Shown piece after piece: positions 40,720-50,784 of a stretch of 64,000 bases of DNA. Origin of the DNA: Alphaproteobacteria bacterium (GTDB taxonomy: Bacteria > Pseudomonadota > Alphaproteobacteria > JAAXGF01). The notes beneath the pieces are model-generated. The model had not been told where the DNA came from and did no database searches. It was given only the letters and a program-made list of their open reading frames with translations. Positions within the stretch are counted from its first letter, which is position 1; the number at the start of each line of letters is the position of its first letter. The stretch covers positions 22,570 through 86,569 of the forward strand of contig CBDCME010000078.1 in the NCBI GenBank assembly GCA_965218865.1, in the 5' to 3' direction. Both the position numbers and the translations under genes were made by a program.

Positions 40720-41823
40720 CTAATTCTCCTGTCGCCGCCGCGCCTGTTCGATCCCCATGGCCGACAGCACAAACAGAATTGTCAGACCTTGGATGACGAA
40801 GACGAGGGCAGAGTTCACGCCGGTCTCACGCTGCATCGACAACGCGCCCGCCTCGAGAAATCCGAAAAACAGGCTGGCCGGGATCGCGGCTAGAGGGCTC
40901 GTCCCCGCCAAAAGCGCGATCGCTAGCGCCTTGAAGCCGAAACCGGTCGAGAAACCCTCGATCAGCCTATAGTGGAACCCAAGCACCTCCAACGCGCCCG
41001 CAAGACCTGCGAGGCCGCCGGCTAGCAGCATAACCATCAAGACCGTGTGCTCGGGGGAGACCCCCGAATAGGTCGCCGCGGGGCGGCTTGCGCCGAGTAA
41101 CCGAATGCGAAACCCGAAGATGGTGCGGTTCAACACGAACTGTGCGGCCACGGCAGCCGCGACCGCGACAATGAAACCGACATGCACGCCACCGGGACGC
41201 AACGCTGGTAGCCACGCCTCGCGGGGAAAAAGCGGTGACTGAGGAAAGCCGGCGCCCGTTTCGCCCAGCGTGCCATGTAGGGCTTCGGCCACGATCAGAA
41301 TGGCGACGAAGTTCGACAACAGAGTAACCAGAATCTCATGAATCCGTCGCTTTAAATGGATCGCTGCAGCGAGCCCCGACCAGAGGGCACCGACGGCCGC
41401 GCCAACGGCCATGGCGAGAAGGATGAGCAAACCGCTCGGCGCCCCCGCGCCGATCGTCAATACCACCCAGGTTGCACCGAGGCCGCCAAGCGCGATCTGC
41501 CCTTCAGCGCCAAGGTTGATGATTTTTCCACGAAAGCAAAGAGCGATACCAACGGCGGTGAGCAAGTAGGGCGTCGTCTTGTTGAGACCCACCTCAATGT
41601 CATAGCTTGAGCCGAACGCGCCGCGCACCAGCGCCGCTGTTGCCGCGAAGGGATCGTCGCCAGTCGCCGCGATTAAAATCCCTGCGACCATCAATGCGGC
41701 CGCGACAGCCAAGACCGGGCGCAAATACGCCATTACGCGACCGATCTCGTGCCGCGTCGGTCGCCGCATCCGACCCCGCATCGTCTTTCCCATCGCCTTA
41801 AGAATGCCTGTGAACATTCGCAT
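40720..41823 (-). CDS. ABC transporter permease
   Basis: Polytopic ORF. The start is uncertain (several Met between 41823 and 41772) and overlaps or abuts the ATPase stop. Confidence 0.75.
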   Translation of the reverse strand: MRMFTGILKAMGKTMRGRMRRPTRHEIGRVMAYLRPVLAVAAALMVAGILIAATGDDPFAATAALVRGAFGSSYDIEVGLNKTTPYLLTAVGIALCFRGKIINLGAEGQIALGGLGATWVVLTIGAGAPSGLLILLAMAVGAAVGALWSGLAAAIHLKRRIHEILVTLLSNFVAILIVAEALHGTLGETGAGFPQSPLFPREAWLPALRPGGVHVGFIVAVAAAVAAQFVLNRTIFGFRIRLLGASRPAATYSGVSPEHTVLMVMLLAGGLAGLAGALEVLGFHYRLIEGFSTGFGFKALAIALLAGTSPLAAIPASLFFGFLEAGALSMQRETGVNSALVFVIQGLTILFVLSAMGIEQARRRQEN

Positions 41824-43378
41824 CCACCCCCTGAACAGAGATCGATGATTCGCCCGTGCGGTCGCCCGCCATGAGGCGCCCAAGGCGACTGGCGTCTAGA
41901 TGACCGCGCGGCGCATCTGAGACTAGGCAACCCGCGAACAAGACCCCGACGCGATCGCCCAAGGCAAGCACCTCCTCTAGTTCCGAAGAAATAAACACGA
42001 CGCCAGCGCCGGCGGCCCGAAGTTCGAGCAGCTGGTCCATAACGAACCGCGCCGCGCCCGGGTCGAGACCCCAAGTCGGCTGATGCGCAACGAGCACCCG
42101 GGGCTTACGACCAAGCTCCCGCCCAAGAACGATTTTCTGTTGGTTTCCGCCGGAAAGCTCATCGGCGCGCGCGTCGGGACCTGAGGTGCGGATGCGAAAT
42201 CCGGCGATCCGATCCTTCGCCGTGTGCTGGATTTGGCTGTGCCGCACCACACCAAAACGTGAGTACGGGGATCGGTCGACGTCGCGCATAACAAGGTTTT
42301 CCGCAACCGTCATCTCCTGTACGAGGCCCATTCGTGAGCGATCGGCGGGAACGTATGCGACACCCGCCTGGACGCGGCGCGCCACGGACCAACGCGTGAT
42401 ATCAGTCTGACATAGTAACACCCTTCCCCCAGTCACCGGCAAAAGCCCCGCAAGCGCGTGCGCCAGCTCTTTCTGCCCATTGCCGTCGACTCCCGCGATC
42501 GCTAGGATTTCGCCTTCCCGAAGCGCGAAGGTGATATCAGAGACGCCGCGCCGACCGGAACCCTCCTCCACACTCAACCCGTCGACGATTAATAGATCTC
42601 GGCCAGGTCTCCCGGCGGACGTCGCCTCGGGAATCGCCGTGGCGATATCGTCGCCGACAATCATGCGCCCCAATTCGTCGCGGTTGGTGCCGGCGGTCGA
42701 GACCGCAGCGGCGACAGCACCGGCGCGCAGCACGACGACCCGGTCGCACAACTCCAGCACCTCGCCGAGCTTATGAGAGATAAAGATGATCGATTTGCCG
42801 TCTTCGCGGATCCGTCGCAAGGTGTGCATCAAGGCGTCGACCTCGGGCGGGCTGAGGTTGGACGTGGGCTCATCCAGGACCAGCAGCTCTGCGCCGCGCA
42901 GGAGCGCTTTGACGATTTCAACCCGCTGGCGTCCGCCGAGGGACAAATCGCTGACTTGCGCATCCGGGTTTAGTTCGAGACCGTAATGCGCGCTCATTTC
43001 GCGGATACGGCCGGCAATCTCCGCGCGCCGCAACACCTGACCACCGGCTCCATTTGCCTCGTGCCACCGCAGCATGACGTTTTCAACCACGCTCATCGCC
43101 TCGATCAGCATGAAGTGCTGGTGGATCATGCCAACGCCGGCGGACATGACCTCGCGGGGCGATCGGCCTGTCAGATCACGCCCACGATAAATCACCTCGC
43201 CGGCGTCCGGTGCCAGGAGCCCGAACAATATCTTCATGAGCGTGCTCTTGCCCGAGCCGTTTTCGCCGAGAAGGCCGAGGATCGAGCCGCCCTCGACGCA
43301 AAGATCAATACGGCGGTTGGCGTGGACGCGGCCGAAGCGTTTATCGATCCCTCTCATGTCCAACAACGCTTCGGCCAT
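41798..43378 (-). CDS. ABC transporter ATP-binding protein (two fused ABC domains)
   Basis: Start taken at MAEALLDMRGIDKRF. Walker A GENGSGKST, signature LSLGGRQRVEI, Walker B LLVLDEPT, and a second LSGGNQQK. Confidence 0.85.
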   Translation of the reverse strand: MAEALLDMRGIDKRFGRVHANRRIDLCVEGGSILGLLGENGSGKSTLMKILFGLLAPDAGEVIYRGRDLTGRSPREVMSAGVGMIHQHFMLIEAMSVVENVMLRWHEANGAGGQVLRRAEIAGRIREMSAHYGLELNPDAQVSDLSLGGRQRVEIVKALLRGAELLVLDEPTSNLSPPEVDALMHTLRRIREDGKSIIFISHKLGEVLELCDRVVVLRAGAVAAAVSTAGTNRDELGRMIVGDDIATAIPEATSAGRPGRDLLIVDGLSVEEGSGRRGVSDITFALREGEILAIAGVDGNGQKELAHALAGLLPVTGGRVLLCQTDITRWSVARRVQAGVAYVPADRSRMGLVQEMTVAENLVMRDVDRSPYSRFGVVRHSQIQHTAKDRIAGFRIRTSGPDARADELSGGNQQKIVLGRELGRKPRVLVAHQPTWGLDPGAARFVMDQLLELRAAGAGVVFISSELEEVLALGDRVGVLFAGCLVSDAPRGHLDASRLGRLMAGDRTGESSISVQGVDANVHRHS

Positions 43379-43413
43379 CGATCGCCCCTTTCGCGGTCCG
43401 CCGTCAAGCCATT

Positions 43414-44454
43414 TCAAGTACCCGAGCGGGCGTCCTCTCTGGTCGGCGTCACGGTCAACCTGCCGTTCGTGAACTGCTCGATGACTGCCTCGACATCGGC
43501 CAGAATGTCTTTCGGGATCTCGGGATTGAACGCGACGTTCTCGGTGTAGCCGAAGGTGGCGCCGGTCACGGGCGCAGTGTCGAAGCCGAACTTCTTGAAA
43601 TCGCCGAATAGCTCGCCGGTTTTTGCTTCGGACGCCGCGGCCTCGTACACGGAGGCCCAATCGTCGACGGTATTGGTCAGGACGTACTTCGGCGCCAACG
43701 CCGTGTGGCCGAAAGACCTTCCCACCGCATAGACGCCCTTTTCCTTCGCCGCCTGAACGAGCCCGGCGTGGCCCGCATTCAGCATGCCGGTGATGATGTC
43801 GGCGCCATTGGCGATAATCGACAGCGCCGCTTCCTTCGCAGCGGCCGCGTCCTCCATATTGGCAAGGTAAATCACCTCAATCTGGGCGTCCGGGTTGGTC
43901 GCGAGCACACCCAAACGGAGCCCGCCGACAAAGTCGACAATCGTCGGCAGCCCTTCAAGGCCGGCGACCAAGCCGACTTTGCCCGATTTGCTCAATTTCG
44001 CCGCGAGCACGCCGAGGGCGTACGAAAAATGCGCCCGATTGATCTCGACGGAGCGCATGTTCGGCGGCACGCCCTTCGCCCCCGATCCAACGATAAATTG
44101 GACGTCGGAAAACTCGGGTGCGACGCGTTCGGCCGCGGAGACGAAGCGTCCGGAATGGCCGATCACGATGTCGAATCCGCGTCGCGCATAGTCCCGCATG
44201 GCCGCAACATGGTCGGCCGACTGGACATTTTCAGAGTACGCGACCTTGTATCCAAGGCCTTCTATCTTTTTCAAACCGGCGTAACCGGAGGCGTTCCAGC
44301 TTTGGTCGTTGATGCTCCCCGGAAGGAGCATCGCGGCCTCGTCCGCCCACACACTTGGGGTGGCCGCAATGCCGATAACGGCGGCAAGAGCGAACCCGAC
44401 TCGCAGACGACGGCCAACCGTTCTACAAATTCGCTTAATCATGGTGTTGATCAT
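43414..44454 (-). CDS. BMP-family ABC substrate-binding protein
   Basis: Start taken at MINTMIKR... with signal peptide AAVIGIAATPSVWA. ...INDQSWNASGYAGLKK...VIGHSG... is typical of the PnrA/Med family. Confidence 0.8.
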   Translation of the reverse strand: MINTMIKRICRTVGRRLRVGFALAAVIGIAATPSVWADEAAMLLPGSINDQSWNASGYAGLKKIEGLGYKVAYSENVQSADHVAAMRDYARRGFDIVIGHSGRFVSAAERVAPEFSDVQFIVGSGAKGVPPNMRSVEINRAHFSYALGVLAAKLSKSGKVGLVAGLEGLPTIVDFVGGLRLGVLATNPDAQIEVIYLANMEDAAAAKEAALSIIANGADIITGMLNAGHAGLVQAAKEKGVYAVGRSFGHTALAPKYVLTNTVDDWASVYEAAASEAKTGELFGDFKKFGFDTAPVTGATFGYTENVAFNPEIPKDILADVEAVIEQFTNGRLTVTPTREDARSGT

Positions 44455-44752
44455 TTGAGAGATCTCCAATTTGAGTGGATAAATGATCCACGGTTTCGCG
44501 TATTCATTAATTTCGGGCGATCGGAAACCCAGTTCGATGTCAGAAGATTCATGCATAAACCCCATCATCCCCGGAAAGAAGTCTTGGCCCCGGCGGAATA
44601 TCTTCCGAATCGACGTTGCTTTCTGCTTGATCCCGGGTGATCGGATGAACTTTGTTCATGCAACCTCCCAATAAACATGCCACCGAGATCGTGACGACCA
44701 AGAACATCCTCATACCGGGCCTCTCTCCCTCATTCCATGGCTAGAGCACGGT

Positions 44753-45101
44753 TCAAAACTTAATTCGAGCGCCAAAATGCATGGCAAATATATCCCTGAA
44801 GTCGCGATCATCTTCGTCGTACCTGTGATACCGCCCTCCGATATATCCCTCGGTCGCGATCTTGTCGATATTCTGAACAAGGAATAGCCCAAACGAGTTA
44901 CTGTCGGAGCCGTCCTCGGTGAAATTCTTGCCGTCGTAATAGGCAATGGCAGTCGCGGTTTTTCCGAACATCTGTTTTAAGGGTTTGGATCTTCTTTTGC
45001 ATTTGCAGCATTTCGCGTTCTAACTTGTTGATCATCGCCTGCGTTTCAGCGGCGGTTTGCGCTTTCGCAGTTGACCCAAACGCAGTGAGTGCGACAACCA
45101 A
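44753..45101 (-). pseudogene. porin remnant (tentative)
   Basis: A signal-peptide-like / coiled-coil N-terminal piece and a C-terminal piece ending ...HFGARIKF (terminal Phe typical of beta-barrels) lie in different frames. Far too short for a porin. Confidence 0.3.
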
Positions 45102-45288
45102 GACCGTAGTTCAGAGCAAATGGTAATAAGAAATTCTACTACACGAGTCGATTCGGAATGCCATGACGACCCCCTTTGTTTGTGCCCCCATCTTCTCGGC
45201 CCCCCCAAGATTCAAATCTTCTCGGCCCCCCAACGATTCAAATTACGTGTTGAGAATTCTGCGCCTCTTTTTAAGACCACCGGGCGGC

Positions 45289-46413
45289 TCATCGTTCCAG
45301 GCTCGCGATGATCGAGATTGGGCCACCACCATCCGGGCCCTGGTGTTCGGCGCCACCTGAAACGTAGATCGCCGTGCGCCCAATCGCAGCGGAAACCACG
45401 CCACCAACCAGCGCCCGGCCATGACGCGTCGCGTGAATATCGCTATCGTCCCACATCGTATGGCGCAGGCCCCGGATACGCCCATCGCGCGACGGCTCGG
45501 CCTTGACAAGAACTGCGAGAATGCGTTCAGCGTCCGTCGCGTTGAGTTGTTCGCCCGGCTCGAACCCGAGTTCGCGCAGAATTTTGCGGATCGCGGCAAT
45601 GTCTATGGGATCTTTCATCACGCCGTGTGCGATTACCGTGCCGCCGCTCCACGCGGAACTGTTTCCGAAGACGATGATTTCGTTGCGCATCATTTCGATA
45701 CCGGCAGACGCGCTGGCCCGTCCTGACCAGAGCGCGATATCGCGGCACACGACATCGTCCGACAAATCATCCGCGTCGATCTCGCCGAGAGCCAACGCCA
45801 CGCCGAGCGACGAAGCACCGCGCGAATAGCCCATCGACTGGTAGGTATCGTCGGTGACCACATCCCCACCGCGACCACGCGCCTCGGCGACCCGCTCCAT
45901 GGTCAAGAGCGGACACTTGATCTGGACCCAATGAACGTCGCTCGGGTCGGTGATTTCCGCGTCGTCCATTGCTTGGCGGACGGCCCGCGCAGTCTCCTGC
46001 ACTTGCGCCATGCGACCGAGCTCCTCGGGTGCGAGATTCGGCGTGAACGTGCTGCAGACCGCCAGCCGCTTCGGCGCCTCGGTCGCAACCGACATTGGTG
46101 CGTTCTCGGCTTGTCGAATGGCGACAACGAGAAAATGAGGCGATAATGCCCCCTCGGTGCCGCCGGACATCACCATCGCGATGCGATCCTCGACCGCCGC
46201 AGGCGTGACGCCCATCCTCGCGGCCAGCTTGATTTTCAGCATGTCGGACGCGTAGCCGCGCGTGAAATCGTTGACGCAGCCGTTTCCTTCGGTCTTACCG
46301 AGGATCGCTACAATCTCATCCACCGCAACCATGCCCTGCTCGATCAGTTGATCGACACCTGATGTGTCTCCGGGATGCTTCATGGGCGCACAAGCCACGA
46401 TACATTGACGCAT
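45289..46413 (-). CDS. ring-opening amidohydrolase of the cyanuric acid hydrolase / barbiturase family
   Basis: 374 aa: ...HPGDTSGVDQLIEQGMVAVDEIVAILGKTEGNGCVNDFTRGYA...MVMSGGTEGALSPH... Matches the AtzD/TrzD/barbiturase N-terminal signature as I recall it. Confidence 0.8.
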   Translation of the reverse strand: MRQCIVACAPMKHPGDTSGVDQLIEQGMVAVDEIVAILGKTEGNGCVNDFTRGYASDMLKIKLAARMGVTPAAVEDRIAMVMSGGTEGALSPHFLVVAIRQAENAPMSVATEAPKRLAVCSTFTPNLAPEELGRMAQVQETARAVRQAMDDAEITDPSDVHWVQIKCPLLTMERVAEARGRGGDVVTDDTYQSMGYSRGASSLGVALALGEIDADDLSDDVVCRDIALWSGRASASAGIEMMRNEIIVFGNSSAWSGGTVIAHGVMKDPIDIAAIRKILRELGFEPGEQLNATDAERILAVLVKAEPSRDGRIRGLRHTMWDDSDIHATRHGRALVGGVVSAAIGRTAIYVSGGAEHQGPDGGGPISIIASLER

Positions 46414-46537
46414 GTTCGGCCTCTCGGATTTGGTTTTGGTAGGCGCGCTCGGCTTACACCCAAGTTCGCACCATCAATGTCTTATATTTGAAACGGGCGT
46501 GAGGTCTTTGAAAAGCACCAATTTTCGTCCATACTGA

Positions 46538-46550
46538 TCTAATTATTAGA
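46538..46550. promoter_or_regulatory. 13-bp perfect palindrome TCTAATTATTAGA (T-N11-A) in the divergent promoter region
   Basis: Lies 20 bp upstream of the LysR-family gene, between it and the amidohydrolase gene. Fits the generic LTTR T-N11-A box. Confidence 0.3.
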
Positions 46551-46570
46551 GCGAATAAGGTGAAGGCGGC

Positions 46571-47479
46571 ATGAAGCCTCTCCTTCCAGGTCAAGCGCGG
46601 GCCTTCCAGTACGTCGAACAGATAGCGCGGCATGGCTCGATCCGACGCGCGGCCGACGTGCTTGGCGTGGCGTCGTCGGCCGTCAACCGGATGGTCCGTG
46701 AATATGAGACGGTGCTCGGCATCGCACTTTTCGAGAGATTGCCGCGTGGCGTGCGTCTCACCTCAGCCGGGGAACTCCTCATCGACCACATTCGGCGTAC
46801 ATCGCGGGATTTCGAGAAGGTTCGCAGGCAGATCGAAAATATACAAGGCTTGGAACGAGGGCACGTCACGATTGCGACGATTGAGGCCACCGCCTCAACG
46901 CTTCTCGCCGCACAGATCGCGCGGTTTCATCAGGCGCATCAAATGGTGACGTTCCATGTTCAGGTTCTCGGCTCGCCAGGTGTTGTCAACGCCGTGCTGG
47001 CGGATCGCTGCGAACTGGGTCTGGCGCTTAATCCACCCAAAACGCAACGGTTTCGGACGCTCGCGAGCGTCCACTATGTTTTACACGCTTTCGTTGTGTC
47101 CAGTCATCCTCTGGCGTCCCGCCAAAGGATTCAGCTGAGCGATTGCTTAGGCTTTCCCGTTGCGCTGGGCGATCACTCTCTTGGCGGCCGACGCCTCTTG
47201 GACGAAGCTCTCGCAGAAGCCGAGATAACACTGTCAAACTTCCTAACGACAAATTCAGTAGAACTGATGCAATCCGTGGTGGAACGCACAGATGGCATAT
47301 GTTTTCAGGTGATGGCACTGGGCGGCACCTGGACCAACAAGTCATTGAAAGCGATTCCTGTTTTTGATCGGAAGCTCCCGGAAGTCGAGCTCGCACTGGG
47401 CGCGAATCATCTTCGATCGCTTTCCATCGCCGCCAGCGCCTTCGCCAACGATCTCTGCTCCACGCTTGGTAAACAGTAG
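46571..47479 (+). CDS. LysR-family transcriptional regulator
   Basis: 302 aa with N-terminal HTH (FQYVEQIARHGSIRRAADVLGVASSAVNRMVREYE) and a LysR substrate-binding domain. Divergent from the catabolic cluster. Confidence 0.85.
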   Translation: MKPLLPGQARAFQYVEQIARHGSIRRAADVLGVASSAVNRMVREYETVLGIALFERLPRGVRLTSAGELLIDHIRRTSRDFEKVRRQIENIQGLERGHVTIATIEATASTLLAAQIARFHQAHQMVTFHVQVLGSPGVVNAVLADRCELGLALNPPKTQRFRTLASVHYVLHAFVVSSHPLASRQRIQLSDCLGFPVALGDHSLGGRRLLDEALAEAEITLSNFLTTNSVELMQSVVERTDGICFQVMALGGTWTNKSLKAIPVFDRKLPEVELALGANHLRSLSIAASAFANDLCSTLGKQ

Positions 47480-47811
47480 GAGAAGGAATAGCGCTGGCAT
47501 TCTCAAGTTAACGTGACCTGTTCATAGTCAGTTGACGCAATCCCCATTTAATGCGGGTAGCCTCGCCATCCATATTGGAGATGCCGGGCAACGTCGGAGA
47601 TAATGTTTGCTCCAAAGTGCGGATCAACCAAAGCTGGGTGAGTTCCGATCCCATCTCGCCAAGGATAAAATCGTCGACCGGCACGTCCGCGACGTTCTTC
47701 GGGTTTTTCTTGTCCCGCTTGATCTCCTCCCTGATCTCCCTCTTAAACGACCTTCGTGCCGTGGCAAATTGCTTGACAATATCGTTTGCATCCGCGCGTG
47801 CGATTGGCAGA

Positions 47812-48004
47812 ACCCTCGGCGACGAACCGGCTGCGTGATGCCGCCCTGACGGGGTTCAGGCTTCGAAAATGCCGAGATCAAAGAGGTTGCCGGAATGAAC
47901 TTGGTCCATGACGTTCATGGTAAGGTCGGGCCGGTTCCGTCAATGTTCACGCCGTTCACGCTCCGGCGGGTTCGACGCCCAAAATTGCCCCTGCGTCAGG
48001 TACG
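47812..48004 (+). repeat. 193-bp direct repeat, left copy
   Basis: Matches 60092-60284 with 4 mismatches by eye. Confidence 0.9.
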
Positions 48005-48084
48005 GCTAGCGGTTAACTTGACAGTGCCAGGGGCGGCGCCGCGAGGCGCGCCCCTATCCCAATTTCTGGGTGGAACGCCGACAT

Positions 48085-48237
48085 TCAGCGGGGTGATTTA
48101 GCCATCCATTCCGCCAATTTCGACCACCTTCGAGTCTCGACCTTCCCTTTGACGGCCATCCCGACAGCCTTCTTTTGGCCGACCAAGACAACCAGCTTCC
48201 TGGCCCTGGTGATGCCGGTATACCCAGCCCATGGTCT
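48085..48237 (-). pseudogene. C-terminal fragment of a RecD2/TraA-like SF1 helicase
   Basis: Translates to YTGITRARKLVVLVGQKKAVGMAVKGKVETRRWSKLAEWMAKSPR-stop. No upstream homology. Confidence 0.5.
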
Positions 48238-48573
48238 CCCCTTAATATGAGGCGGGTTTTGTCAATGTGGTTTTTTATTGGACTGCATCACGGGGGGTGG
48301 ATGGTGGTGGAGGGCGGTGAGGATGCGGGTCGATCCAAGGCTGAGCCCCGCGTGCCGAATGCGCGATCGCGCATAACCTTATATCCGGTCGCACCGCTCG
48401 GGGTGCGGAACCAAAATCCCTCGTGCACGGGCGAGGACGCCGGGGCTCCAAGGGGATGGGACCTTTCTGTGAAAGCGGCGTCTTGCAGCCACGGGGAGAC
48501 ACGGTCACACATCCACCTTGGATTTCTCGGGCTCGTCGCGGTTGCGCCGGCCCTGGTTTTTGGTTTTTTTCCG

Positions 48574-49410
48574 TCAAACCTTGAGGACGGCGCCGGTGGG
48601 GACCAACCCGGTCTCCAGATAGCGCCACAGCGCCACCAGGAGCTTGTGCGCCAAGGCAACAATCATGATCCGCTTGAGGCGGCCCTTGGCGCCGCCCACG
48701 CGCTCGCGGAACCATTGGCTGAGCGCGCTGTCGGGTTGGTAGCGCAGCCATAGCCAAGCAAGCTCGATCATCGTCGTGCGCGCCCGCCGGTTGCCAGCCT
48801 TGGAGATGCCCTGGTCGCGGGTCACGGCGCCGCTGTTGTACGGGCTCGACGTCAACCCGACATAACTGCCGAGCTGGCGCCGGTTGCCGTAAGTCCGATA
48901 GAACACCTCGCTGGCCAGGACGCTGGCGATCTCGGGCCCGATGCTTCTGAGCCGGACCAGAAGCTGCATCTTGTCCCGGCCCTCGGAGACCGTCGTTGGC
49001 TCGAACAGCGCGTTGCGCTCGACCTCGCCGATCATGATTTGCACCAGGGCGAGGCGCTCGAGCTGGCGGCGAATCTCGGCATCGAGCCTGGGCGCCAGCA
49101 CGCGCCCGTCACCGGTTCGCAGCTCCGCCAGGCGGGCGACGGCGTCGGCGCGCCGCGGCTGGAAACCGTAGATCCCCTGGCCTGCCAGCAGCGCCTTGAT
49201 GCGGTTGACGTGACGGGTACGCTCCTTGACCAGCTCTTGGCGCTCGCGGTGCAGGCGTTTGAAGTCCTCCTCGGCGAACGACGGCACCCGCACCACCGCG
49301 AACACGTGACGCTCGCCGCGCGCGTACGCCATCAGCCCGCGCAGCATACCCTCGGCGTCGATGCAGTCGCTCTTGGCGCGGCGCGCCCGGCGGTCGACCA
49401 GCAGGCTCTG
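48574..49410 (-). pseudogene. IS110-family transposase, 5-prime truncated
   Basis: ...LLVDRRARRAKSDCIDAEGML...RSIGPEIASVLASEVFY...ISKAGNRRARTTMIELAW... The N-terminal catalytic domain is missing. The first ~48 codons of the listed ORF are antisense to an IS5 fragment. Confidence 0.75.
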
Positions 49411-49413
49411 TGA

Positions 49414-49587
49414 ACGCTTCACGTCAAAGGCCGCGACGGCGACAAGATCAACGCCATCCTCGCCGGCGCCGGCTACAACTACCGCCTTGTCCTCAAATGG
49501 CTGAGGCGTTTGTTTGTCCAAATCCTGGCCGCGCTCCTCAGCGACATCTCGCACCCCACCGCAAACCCAATCGCCGCTTCAGCTTGA
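49414..49587 (+). pseudogene. IS5-family transposase C-terminal fragment
   Basis: Translates to ...VKGRDGDKINAILAGAGYNYRLVLKWLRRLFVQILAALL..., followed by a probable IS end ...GGGTTCTTCACGGACGACTAC and TTA. Confidence 0.55.
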
Positions 49588-49616
49588 AATCAGGGTTCTT
49601 CACGGACGACTACTTA

Positions 49617-50784
49617 TACCAACCGCCCTTAACATTGACTTGTGCGAGCCCACGCTCTGAGGCCGATGGACATGATCTTCCAAGGTTGGTCGGTCAGGTT
49701 GTTCCAGGCTTGGCAAGAGGCCTCGACGATGGCTTCATAGGAGTCGAAGACACGATTGGAGAGCCAGTTCTGGCGGAGGTATTGCCAGACATTTTCGGCG
49801 GGATTGAGCTCCGGGGACTTGGGTGGCAAAGGCACGAGGGAGATGTTCTCCGGGATGCCGAGTTTGGCAGTGGTGTGCCATGCGGCTTGGTCGAGCAGCA
49901 CGACGGCATGGGCGTTTGGGGCAACGGCCCGGCTGATTTCCTCGAGATGCAGGTCCATGGCTTCAGTATTGGCGCGCGGCATGACCAGCGCCGCGCCCTC
50001 ACCGCGCTCGGGGCAGATGGCGCCGAAGAGATACGCCGAAGAGGTCCGTAGGTCCTTGACCTGGCGCGGGCGCGATCCCTTTGGGGCCCACTGGCGCACC
50101 AGGCTGTTCTTCTGGCCGACGCGCATTTCATCTTGAAACCAAACCTCGATGGGCGTGTCCGGTGGCTGTGCCGCTACGATTTTCGCCAAGTGTTCGGGAA
50201 AACTTTTTTTTAAATTCCTCCTGTGCCCGCGCATCCTGGCCGACGTGGCGCGGGCGCGCGGAAATATGCGAGAACCCGAGCGCGGCCAGCAGCTTGCCGA
50301 CGCTCCGCTCGTGATAGTCCACGCCGAAGCGCGTTCGGATCAGTTGCTTGAGATCGATGCAGCGCCAGCGCACGACCCCATCCCGTTCGGGATCGGGACC
50401 GGCCTCGATAGCCCGCGAAAGCGCCGCCATTTGCGACGGCGTCAACCGACGCAACGCCCCGTTCGGCTTGCGGTCGATCAGACCGGCCGGACCTCCCGCG
50501 TTGAACCGGTGAACCCAGTCCCGCAACGTCTGCCGATCCATGCCGCCAATACCCGCCGCGCACGCTCGATCCATCCCATCGTAGATGGCCGCCATCGACA
50601 AAAGCCGTCGCGCCTGGTTCCCATCATCGCTCCGTGCCGCAAGAACACGGACTCTTTCAGCATCAAAGTCGTTTCGCAAAGGAATCGTTGGCATTGAACA
50701 CACTCCCTTGTTGCCAACAACCTTGAATCACACAAAACCTAGCGTGTAAACCTTTGCGCGAGTCAAACTCTAGGGCGATTGGTA
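49617..50784 (-). mobile_element. IS630-family element type a, copy E (1168 bp)
   Basis: Same TIRs (one mismatch, GGGCGATTGGTA). The flanks are TTA (49614-49616) and TAA (50785-50787), which is not a direct repeat. Confidence 0.9.
49629..50694 (-). CDS. IS630-family transposase, two-frame arrangement
   Basis: orfA is identical to copy C and orfB is intact. The run at 50204-50211 is T8 on the + strand (A8 form). Confidence 0.85.

Noticed and set aside
48029-48055. A strong GC hairpin (AGGGGCG-G-CGCC-GCGA-GGCG-CGCCCCT) as a rho-independent terminator.
   Set aside because: No U-tract follows on either strand. It sits just outside the left direct repeat and downstream of a gene fragment, so its function cannot be inferred.
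47895-48101. ORFs inside the 193-bp direct repeat (47895-48101 on +, 47624-47881 on -) as genes.
   Set aside because: No motifs and biased composition. The frames are not preserved between the two repeat copies beyond the repeat.
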